DNA from: Geosiphon pyriformis uo1
Lineage: Eukaryota > Fungi > Glomeromycota
Direction: 5' to 3'
Assembly (NCBI GenBank): GCA_016748015.1
Contig: JAAOMT010000134.1
Location: 750,757-814,756, forward strand
DNA length: 64,000 bases
The position numbers were made by a program, and so were the translations under genes. The notes below the pieces were generated by a model, which saw nothing but the letters and a program-made list of their open reading frames with translations, was not told where the DNA came from and made no database searches. Of the stretch, positions 53,599-64,000 are shown one piece after another. The stretch's first letter is position 1. Each line of letters starts with the position of its first letter.

Positions 53599-56500
53599 AA
53601 CAGCAATACTAGGGCCAACAACGACCTTGTAATCAAGCAGAAATGGTTTGGATTTATCATACTGAATGGTAAAAAAACTTCTTCCAAAAAACTTTTGACT
53701 CTTTTTTTTAGGATTTGTGGAGGAACGAAAGAAAGAAGAATTTTAATAATCTGTTAGTATTTCCATTTTTTTTTCTTTTTTTTATAATATATAATATAAT
53801 TAAATAGTAATATTTCTATTTTTCATCTTGTATAATAATCATTTCCAAATTTTTGCTTTTGAATTAATGTTAATCTTTTGTGATTAATGTATATCTTAAA
53901 CTTTTAACTTAAGTATTTCTTTTATTTAATAACAGCCCAATAAATAGCTAAATATTTCAATACTAAAGTTCTATAATTTTTTTTGGCTAAACTTAAATTT
54001 CAGTTGGTATATATTACTAAATATTCTTATCTATCTGTTTTTTTTGTGATAATATAGCTTCTAATGCTTGGTTTAATGTGTTGGTAGTAATAATAAATGG
54101 TTTGCTATAATCTAAATAAATTAATATTATAGCTTAAATAAACTTTTTCCACAGTATATTAAAAGCTTCTTGTTGGTTTTTAATTTATTTGTATTTAGTA
54201 TTTTTAGCTTAAAGCTAGTGAAATAGTTGAACCAGTTTGAAAAAATTTTGGATAAAGCAGTAATAGTATTTAGCAAATTCTAAGAATGCTCTTAGTTCTG
54301 TTAAGTTTATTAGTACTGGAAAGTTCTTAATTATTTTGATTTTGTTTGAGTTTGTTTTAATGCTGTTTTTGTTTATAATATGTTTCAAAAACTTAAGCTC
54401 AGTTTTCCCAAAAAAACACTTGGTAGCATTTAATTTTAGCTCTGCTCTTTTTAGCCTTTTAAACACTTGCTGAAGATAATAGAAGTGATCATTAAATGTT
54501 TTGAAAAACACATTGGTGTTATCCAAGTAGACTATTACTAATTTCTATAATAGTCTGGTATAAATAATTTTTATTAGCTATTAGAAAGTGGCTGGAGTAT
54601 TGGTTAAGTCAAAAGACATGACATTAAATTCAAAGTTTTTTTCTCTAATAATAAATGCTGTTTTTTTTTTGTTAGCTGAATTCATGACTACTTGTTAATA
54701 ACTACTATTTAAGTCTAATATAAAGAATTATTTTTTTTCTTTAAAAGCATTAAATAGTTTTTAAATCCATGAAGTTAGATAACTGTTTCCATAAGTAATA
54801 CTGTTAAGTTTTTTATAATCTATACAAAAACAAATCTTTCTATTTTTCTTTCAAACAAATACTACTGGTGATAACTATAGACTTATTAATGATTAAATTA
54901 ACTTATTGTCTAATATTTGGTTGATTTTTTGACAAATAATCTTATGGTTGGCAAGTGGTATTTGATATGCTGTTTGTTTTATTGATATTACATTTTCAGT
55001 TTTATTTGGTGTTGGATGATATTAGTTCTGTTAAATTCATTTTTACTTGCAAAAATGTTAGTAAAATTGTTAAATAATATTTTAAATTGTATATATTGAA
55101 GTGAATTTAAGTTTTCTAAGTTCATTTGCTTTAACTGGTTTGATTGTAGCAAATAATATTTTTTTTGTCTGTATATTATTTGTAATGTAATATTTACATA
55201 TCCACAAAGTTGTAAAAAATCTGAAATGGTAGTTGGTATTTGATTCTTAACTTCAGTGTTTAAGTATCTAATAATAGTTCTATTTGGTATTTTAATTAGG
55301 TTTTTAGTTGTATTATATATTAAAATTTTAATGTGTTTATGGTTTTTGACTAGTATGTAAAGATTAATGATAACAATTTTTTTTGATTTACAAATAGTAG
55401 GTTCTACTTTAAAAATCTGGAATTAATCTTTCACTTTCCTTTTTATGATTAATATATACTGGTTATATAATAAGATAGAAATTGATTGATTGGTGGAGAT
55501 AATTTTTCCCTAATCAATTATTTTCTCTTCTATTATATTAATAAGTATCTCTATTTTATCTGTGGATCCAAATTTATTTATTCCTTTTGCTGTGATTTCT
55601 AACTTTTTTTTTATTCTTATTAACACTAATTAAGCTATTTTTATTAAAGATAGAAATATTGTCTGTACTATCTTTTTATTTGGTTTAATAGTATATGTTT
55701 TTTCTAATTTGTTTTATAGTATTACAATAATATTTTCTACATATTCTGTGTTAATTATTTTTTTTTTGATATTGATCTTTTTTTTTGCTAAACTAGATCT
55801 AAATGCTAATTGAATTATTGTTGTTGCCAAAATTTTCAGTGCTATTTTTAAATTTATGCTGATATATAAATGAAATTTTAATCTAATAACAGTTTTTTCT
55901 AAGTATTTGAGATCAAATTTTGTATTGGTATTATGTATTCATTCTGATATAATATTCTTTTTATTATTGCTAAATTATTTAAGTTCCTGTTTTATCAAAA
56001 GATTTAGAAGTGCAATATATTGTTTGAAGTTAGAATTATAGTTTAAATTGTTATTGCTATTGTTGCCATTGTGGATAGTATTAGAACTATTGTTGTCATT
56101 ATTATTAAAGTCTGAATTATGATTGAATTTTGATTCTGATTTCAAAGTACACTTGCTAATTGGTTTTTTTTTTAAGAATTGAATAAATTATGTATAATAG
56201 CAAATTATAAATAAGATCACAATTTTTACAATATTTAAAATCACTGAAAATTAAACAATATTTACAGAATTTAGTATTTAATTATTCTAAATACTGTTTT
56301 TACTTTTTTTAAGTAGGTGTTAAATCTTGGTAGTATTCATAAAATTGTTCTAAATTATTCAAAATATTAATAAATGTGTTTGGGTTGGAAATAAAAATAA
56401 TTTTGACAGATTTTGGTAAATTATTTTTAATCACCAATATTTTGCTGAGTAAAGCATTTTTGACTTTAGAACTTGCTATTTGTCAGATCTTATCTTAATT

Positions 56501-58038
56501 ATATAGGTAATCATCCAAATATAAGAGTATTTATTTCCATATAACATTGAAAAATGTTTTTTTGTTCATCCAGTTGCTAATAAAGATCATATATTGACAT
56601 AAAATATCATATGTTCTTCTTTAACCAGAAATGTTATTTTATATTTCTTTATTGAGTAATGTTTTTTTTCAAGTAAAACATAATTTATTGTCCTATTTTT
56701 TTTGTTTCTTTGAATATCCAAAGTGTTTTTTGTAACATAATTTGCAATAATAATAGATATATATTCAGTAGATTTCTTTTGATAAGATTTAAGTTCTTAT
56801 AAATAAAAGCTTTTTCTTATAGTTAATACATCTAAATAAAATATAAGACAGTTTTTTTCTTGGTTTTAATAACTAAGATACATGTTAACTATTGGCTGAT
56901 TTTTTTGTGGCAGTGGTAGTCTGTGGTTTATTTTTTTCTTTTTTTTTTTCTTTTCATTCCAATTAAGTATTGGTGGTAGTTTATTGTAGTTATTATTAGC
57001 TTATAAGATTTTATAGACTTCTTAAGTAAATTTGTTTGTTTTTTTCTTAAATTTTATCAATAGTTGAGATAAAATTGTTTTGAAGTAACTATAAATAACT
57101 GGTACTTAAGTGTGCTAATTATTTTGATTAAACTGTAACTTCTGAATATTCTAGTCAAATATAATATTAGTCTTAAACAGCCAATTATTATTAATAAAAA
57201 TTTGATACTGTATAGCTTTTATAATAAGAACTTTAATAAGTACAATAATGCTATTGACTTTAAAAAAAAAGTTGTTGATTTCATTAATAAGAGTCTTAAT
57301 GATTTCATTAGTAGTAATAATTCTAATGTTGGGAGCATAATTAATTTGATAACTTAATTGGTCCATGAATTGTCATGTAATAATACTGTCTACTAAACCA
57401 TTATTAAAAATTAGTTTAATAAAGTGGCCATTAACTTTGGTATCAATATATATAACAGTAATTGATTTAGTATTAAGAATAGTTTTACTGAATAATGAAA
57501 TTTCTGACTGGTTTTTCAACTTAAATAAGAAGATAATAACTAATAATTTGTCTTTTGTGATAGTTGTTAATAAAATATTGTTAATAAATAATATTGAATT
57601 GGTTTCTAGTAATTTAGGTGTTGTAATTTCTGGAATTATCAATAAACTTAAATAGTTTTGAAAATTTGGGTTTTGAATATACTTATTTCTTAAACTTTAC
57701 TAGTATAATCTTAATAACTGGTTTAATAAACTGAAAATTAGTTAGTGCATTATTATTGTCAATCTCTAGTTTTGTTGGGTGTACATAATTTTTAGTCTTT
57801 GAATTCTATTTAATATTGGCACAGTATGTTAAAGTGGTGTTTAAATTTGTTGGGATTGATAAATTACTTGTAACTGTAACTAATAAATTACTAGTATTAA
57901 AGATTGGTACATTGAAAATATCTATATAAGTTATTGCATTATTAGTGTATAATAAAGTTAGTATGGTTTTAATAATAAATTGTTAACATAATTTTGGGTT
58001 TAAAATCTGTAATTGGGACTTTTATATTGGTTTTTTGA

Positions 58039-58882
58039 TATTACAAATAATTATTTAGAATGTTAAAACTAATAACAAATCTGTAACTTGGTGCTTAATA
58101 GCTAAAAATATTGGTAATTTTTAAAGATTTTTATGATCTGAAAATTTTAATTGAGTTTTTTGTATAATGAACAAAAATTCAATTAATGATTTCTTCAGTA
58201 TAATAACTGGTTTATTTTAGCAGTCATGTCTTTTTGGTAAGCTATTTTTAAGTTTTTTACTCTTGTTCCCAGGTCTTTTAACAAATTATCTTTGATGTTA
58301 AATACTCAGCACTTAATTTCTTTAATCAATTAGTAAACAATAAAGAAATAAAACAAAAGAAAATAAAAGAAAATAAAAAAAATAATAAATTAATATTTTA
58401 TTAATAATTATAATTAAGAGCTATTGTTTCAGTATAATTAAGCATTAGATTTTATTAACATAAAGTATTAATAGTATGAAGATAATTAATATTTTTAATT
58501 AAGCAATAATAATATAAATTGGATGATAATTAAATATTTATTAATATTAATGTAATTCTCCTTTAAATCATAAAAAACTATTTTTTGAAAAAAGAATAGA
58601 GAATAAGTAGTTATTTTTAACTACTATTTTATTTGTTTTAAATGTTTTTTTTGCTTTTAATACTTTTGTTATATATACATAATTTGTGTTATACAAGATT
58701 TTTTGGAATTTTTCAATTTTTTTAACAAGAATTCTGAAATTTTAGAATCCTATAATTTCTTAAGAAAAATTCTGGAATTCTGTAATTTCTTAAAAAAAAT
58801 TCTAAAAATTTTTTTTTTACTATATCTATTTCTAATTGGCTATTTTATTTACTATTATAAATTCTAATTTTTATAAGTAATA
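58039..58882 (-). repeat. Eroded lone LTR joining D gag to F integrase
   Basis: TATTACA at 58039; AGTAATA ends at 58882; similar to 34138-34928; no PBS; flanks TTGA and ATAA. Confidence 0.75.
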
Positions 58883-61028
58883 ATAAGATTTGTTTATACT
58901 ATTAATATTACTTGCTTATTAGACAATAAAGCAAGATATTACACAAACAACACTATTCGAACTAGTTTATAATAAAACAGCAATATTACCAATTAAAATA
59001 AATATCAATACATATTTAACAAAACTAATAACAAAAGCCAACTTTCAAAAAATATTGCTAAAAAAAACATATGACTTAATGAAAACTTTAGAAAACAAAA
59101 AATAAAAAACAGTTAATAACATATAAAAGTTACAAAAAAAACAAAAAAAACAACATAACAATCAGTTACCAAATAAACAGATCGAATTTAGGATTAAAAA
59201 CAAAATATTCTTATATTGTACCAAAGTAAAAAAAACAATAGAGTAAAAAGTTTAACCTCAAATGAGACAATCTATTTTATATCAAAGAAATTCTGGAAAA
59301 TAGAACATATAAGTTAAGATAAAACAACAAAATCTTAGTTAAAGCAATACATAATAATTAACTAAAATTATATTACAATATAATATTATTATCTATTAAT
59401 AATATTTTAAAATTGGAAGTATAATAAATACTAGTCCAACCAAATAAAATCTTATAAGATATAGAATTATTTATAATTATTAACACAAACATATTAAATT
59501 AATTTATCAGAACAATATATAAAAAACCAATATATATGATAAAAGCAACAAAAAAAATGAAAATTACAGACAATATTTACTTTTTAATCCAACAATTATT
59601 TTAATTTATTAAATATTAAAAACTGAACATAGAAATTACAATTAATTAACAAACTATTTAATATAAAAACACAGAAAAAAAACCAAAACTCCAATACAAA
59701 GTACAATATAGAGTATATGTAAAGCTTAAAAACATAATAAATAATATAATATAATAATAAAAGTAAAAATGTTATTAAAAATACCAAAAACAATAATACT
59801 ATATAAAAAATTAATAGAAAAAAATTAGAATGATGGATACAACAATTTTTTAAAACTTTTTGCTATTACTATTTAGAACAAAAGCTTAATATTTAGAACT
59901 TATATACAGATAAAACAAATATATATTTAATACAACAATATTACAACAAATAAAACAATTTATAAGAAAGAACAATCTATTTACACAAGTATAAGCAATA
60001 TATTAGTTACAAACAGAATTTTAAAACTGTCTAAAAATACTGTTATACTCAACAATAAACACAGTAATTATTAATTAATTAATTAAAATTACCAATGTTT
60101 AATTCAAATAATTATAAACCAAAATTGTCCAAGTAATTTAAAGAAAAAAGTTATGAAATTAATTTAAGAAAGAAATTTAAGAGAGTTAAAAGATTTAAGA
60201 AATTTTAATAAAACTTAATATTAAAAGAAGAAAATAATGTTATTTATAGAAATAAAAATCATAATAGATAGAAAATAGCCAATAAGAAAAAAATATAATA
60301 AAAAAAATTCCAGAATTCATCTTAAAAAATTGTAAGATTTCAGAATTTTAGAATTTTTTTCAAAGAAATTGAAAAATTTTAAGAAATTTCATATAACATG
60401 AATTATATATATATAATAAAAGTATTAAAAACAGATAAAAACAGAACAATAATTAGTAATAAGTAATTACTTAATATCTTTTTTTTTAAAAATAGTTTTT
60501 TATAACTTGAAATAAAATCAAATTTATACCAATAAAATTATTTATATTATTATTGTTTAATTAAGAAAATTAATTACTTTTATACTATTAATAATACATA
60601 TTAATAAAATTTAATATTTAATTACACTAGATTAATAGCTTTTAATTATAACTATTAATAGAATACTAATTTTTTATTTCTTTTTTTATTTTTTTTATTT
60701 TGTTTTCTTTATTATTTACTAATTGATTAAAGAGATTAAGTGTTAAATAATTAACATTAAAAATAATTTGGTAAAAGATCTGTAAAATAAGATTAAAAAA
60801 ACTTAAAAATAGCTTATCAAAAAAACATGACTGCCAAAATAAACTGGTCATTATATTGAAAACAAAAATTGGAAAAAACTATTAATTGAATTTCTGTTTA
60901 TTATACAAAGAACTTAATTAAAATTTTCAGACTCTAAAATATTCAGAAATTATCATCATATTTAGTTATTAAGTATTAAGTTATGAGTTTGTTATTTGCT
61001 TTAATACCTCAAATAAGCACTTATAATG
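58883..61028 (+). mobile_element. Eroded LTR element F: integrase 3' half, ORF3, PPT and 3' LTR (60238-61028)
   Basis: Homologous to D in the opposite orientation; ...TAATATTAAAAGAAGAAAATAA-TGTTAT at 60238. Confidence 0.75.
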
Positions 61029-62699
61029 ATAAATATTTAACTTTTTTTTAAAGCTTTTATAATAATTATCTAAAACAATACAAAAATTTAATACAAACTT
61101 AAAAATTACAATTAACAAAAAAACAAAAGTTTAACTAAAATTAGTTATTCTTAATTTTATTAATTAATAATAATAAAAATACTAAATTAAAAATATGTAT
61201 ATATATAAATAATTTAATTAAAAAAAAACAAATTAAAATTTGATTAAAATAACTAAAATTAGCTTTATTTTTTATTTTAAATAAAATTTTTTTATATTAA
61301 TAAATAAATTATATATTATTCTGTTGTTTTTAAATTTATTTATTTTTTTAGTAAAATTAAATATTAATAATATAATATTTTCAAAAAAATAATTTTAAAC
61401 AATAATTATTAATTATAATTATTACTTAAATATTAATTTTATTATTTTTTATTATTTTTATTATTTTTTAAAGCATATTAATTAGTTTAAAAAACATAAA
61501 ATAAATATAAATATAATTTTGATTATTATAAAAAGTAATTTAATATTACAATAGTTTGGTAAAAAATTTTTAATAAAAAATTAAGCTAAAATATAAAAAA
61601 TAACAAATTTATTAATTAGAATTAAATAATATAAATTAAATTAAATTAAATCTATAATTACAAATAATTATTATGTTATCATTATAATATTAATATTAAA
61701 ATTATTTTAATATTTTTATTTATTATAAAAAAAATTAAAATAAATAAAATTAACAAAATTAGTAACAAAATTTTTTAGAATAATAAAACTTTTAAAAATT
61801 AATATTATGTAAAAAACACTAAAAATTACACAATTTTTTTTAATTACTTATAACAATATTTAAAATATAATTTTAAAAATAAATAATTATTAAAACTTTT
61901 AAAACAAGCTTTAAAAAAACAATATTCATATTTGATAATATTTTTATAAATACAATAATTTAATAAAAACTTTAATAATATTTTTATATTAAAAAAACAT
62001 TTAACAAAAAAATAAATTTAAAACAATAAATCTTATTTTAAAAATTATATAAATAAAATTATTAAAAATTCAAAACAATTACTAAATTAATAAATATTTA
62101 TTACAAGATTATAATGGTTTTAAAACTTTAAAACTTATAAAAAAATTTTTATAAAATTTTTATATACAATAATTAAAGATTTAACATATTAAAAAACTTA
62201 TAAAACTTGATTTATTTAGTAAAATTAGTAATAAAACTTATTAATATTTTAATAACACAACTTTATTTAAAATAATTCCGATTTGAATTTTGAAAAAATA
62301 ATTTAACAAGTTTAAAAATCATAATAATAATTAAAAACTTTATAATTTTATTATAAAAAAATTAAAATTAAATTGCAAACACATAAAAAATTAAACATAA
62401 GATTAAAATATAATATAAAAAAAACAATAAAAAATAAAAGTATAAAATCATGAAATAAAACATATTAAAAAAATATAGCATATAATAAAAATACTAATAT
62501 ATTATAAATTATTGTAAATAATAGCTAATATAAATAAAATTTATAGCAAATTATTTTAAAATTAGTATTAAATAAAAAATTTGTAAATATAGTATAAAAT
62601 AAATTATATTTGTTTTAGCATTTTTTTAAAAAAAAATAATATAATTAAGCATAAATAAAAATTTAAAGCAAAATAATTTATTTTGTTTACAATAAAATT

Positions 62700-62955
62700 T
62701 AAATTGATTTATTTTTATAAAATAAAAAATATGTTAATAATTTTAAAAAATTATTAAAACTTTAATATTAAATTAAATATGCAAGCTATTAAAAATATTG
62801 ATTGTATAAACAAAACAAAAATATAAAATATGTTTTTTAAGTTTAGTTTTAATTGGCTTAAATAATTAATTATGTATAATTTGTTATATAATACACATTT
62901 AATATATAAAAATAATTAATAATTAGATACTTGTTTGGTATAATAAAAAATAAAG
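62700..62955 (+). mobile_element. Nearly erased LINE 3' end (LINE-4)
   Basis: 62841-62880 aligns ungapped to the LINE-2 3'UTR with 14 of 16 differences being C>T/G>A; ends ACTTGTTT..AATAAAAAATAAA; 5' boundary unknown. Confidence 0.55.
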
Positions 62956-63308
62956 TTTTAATTTAATATTAATAATATAAAATATGTTTAAACAAAATTT
63001 TCAATTTAATTTTTGTAAATTGGTTTTAAAAAAATAATTAAAAAATAAAAAAAATAAGAAAATTTTATACTAATTTTAATTATACATATATATCTGTTAT
63101 TTAAGAATTATTTAATATTTAATAAAAGCTGCAATTTAGTGAAATATTATTTTTATTAATCGTTAAACTTATTTTTCAGTTTAAAAACAAGTTACAGTTG
63201 TGTATTTATAAAAATGAAATTATTTGACCATGGTAGAAATAATAATAATAATAATAATAATTTACTTAGTAAAAATTCTCTTAATTAAATTTAACATTTA
63301 ATTTTTAC

Positions 63309-63683
63309 CAATTCAAAAATTTTTATCCCAGCCTCGGAACAGCCCTGTGTCGAGCAAAGTACAAAAAAGGGAACAAAGTAGGACAATTTGTAAATAACAG
63401 ATAACTGATGATATTAAACTTATAAACTCACGTCTTGCAACTTGGTGGATATTGAAAATCCATAAGTGCTCTGCGAGTTTTCCAAAAATCGTGGCTTGTC
63501 AATCGAATCTGGCCAACTCGCCAAAAGTAATTTGGTATCAGCTTTTAAAAAGCAGTGATTTTTGAGAATGTGGTCGAAGCTAGTTGGCCAAATAAAGAAT
63601 GTGACCAACGTTGGTTCCGCTTCTTCACAATCCAACTTTCCACTACGTACACCGGAAAAACATTTTGTAAAGCGAAGATCCAT
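63309..63683 (-). CDS. Possible spliced host-gene exons, product unknown
   Basis: CpG-retaining, GC-richer segment; the 63420-63683 ORF has a GTGAGT donor at 63431, and a pyrimidine tract plus CAG acceptor at 63345 continues the frame (GCSEAGIKIFEL). Confidence 0.3.
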
Positions 63684-64000
63684 TCAAAATTCACCTAAGA
63701 GTCCTAGGTTAACAGAAGCAAAACGTCGCTCCAGTTTACTATTCGGTGTAATAGAAGAGGCCGTCGCTCGAGGAAACGAGAACACCGTGCGTAAAACGTG
63801 AGTTGCTCAGGTTGCTCTCGCCAATAGTCACACGAGTAAAATTTTCAATTTTGAAGCCGGAAGCATTTATTATTCAAGTTTGCCAATTATTAGTTCGATC
63901 AAGCAGGATTTTGAGTTGATTAATTTTTAGAAATTTGTTTATTTTTTCCTGTATTCATTACTCTACTGGGACTTGAATGGTTAAATTAAAATTAATTAAA

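Larger units (their letters stand above)
46990..53743 (-). mobile_element. LINE-2: full-length, least eroded non-LTR retrotransposon, inserted at the end of D's RNase H
   Basis: A-rich tail at 46990-47010; TSD TAATAAT (46983-46989, 53744-53750); 5' end similar to the LINE-1 5' end. Confidence 0.92.
34138..58038 (-). mobile_element. Old eroded LTR element D (3' LTR 34138-34928, ORF3, integrase, RT, dUTPase, protease; truncated in gag), hosting C and LINE-2
   Basis: Segments 34929-35615, 45694-46989 and 53744-58038 rejoin across both insertions; translated bits DNTNVF..LNATKCFFGKTELKFL and HFIKLIFNNG. Confidence 0.8.

Noticed and set aside
47068-53632. Many plus-strand ORFs antisense to LINE-2, and similar antisense ORFs over the LTR elements
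   Set aside because: Shadow ORFs with no motifs and no conservation between copies

Overview
AT-rich eukaryotic DNA that is almost entirely a nest of decayed retroelements. From memory the protein style resembles Glomeromycotina fungi; that is inference. Two families dominate. (1) An RNase H-bearing LINE (ORF1 with CCHC knuckle; ORF2 with APE, RT, RNase H and CCHC) has two full-length copies with TSDs (5025-32951 and 46990-53743, both minus) and two eroded remnants. (2) A Ty3/gypsy LTR family with ~850-bp TGTTAC...GTAACA LTRs and 4-bp TSDs has three complete copies (A 9316-30443 +, B 10035-21162 +, C 35616-45689 -), two eroded partial copies (D, F) and two lone LTRs. Nesting order: LINE-1 contains A, B sits in A's 5' LTR, and an inverted solo LTR sits in B's 5' LTR; D contains C and LINE-2. 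Comparing copies shows an unusual three-ORF design: gag-protease-Cys-rich insert-dUTPase-RT-RNase H ends at a conserved stop, integrase is a separate ORF with its own ATG, and an unknown ~220-aa ORF3 ends at the PPT. Gag has no conserved AUG at its start, and U5 can fold over the PBS. At 4076-4300 an intron-containing tRNA-like head is fused to the LINE 3' tail, a candidate SINE partner of the LINE. All repeats show strong C>T/G>A erosion. No confidently identifiable host gene was found.
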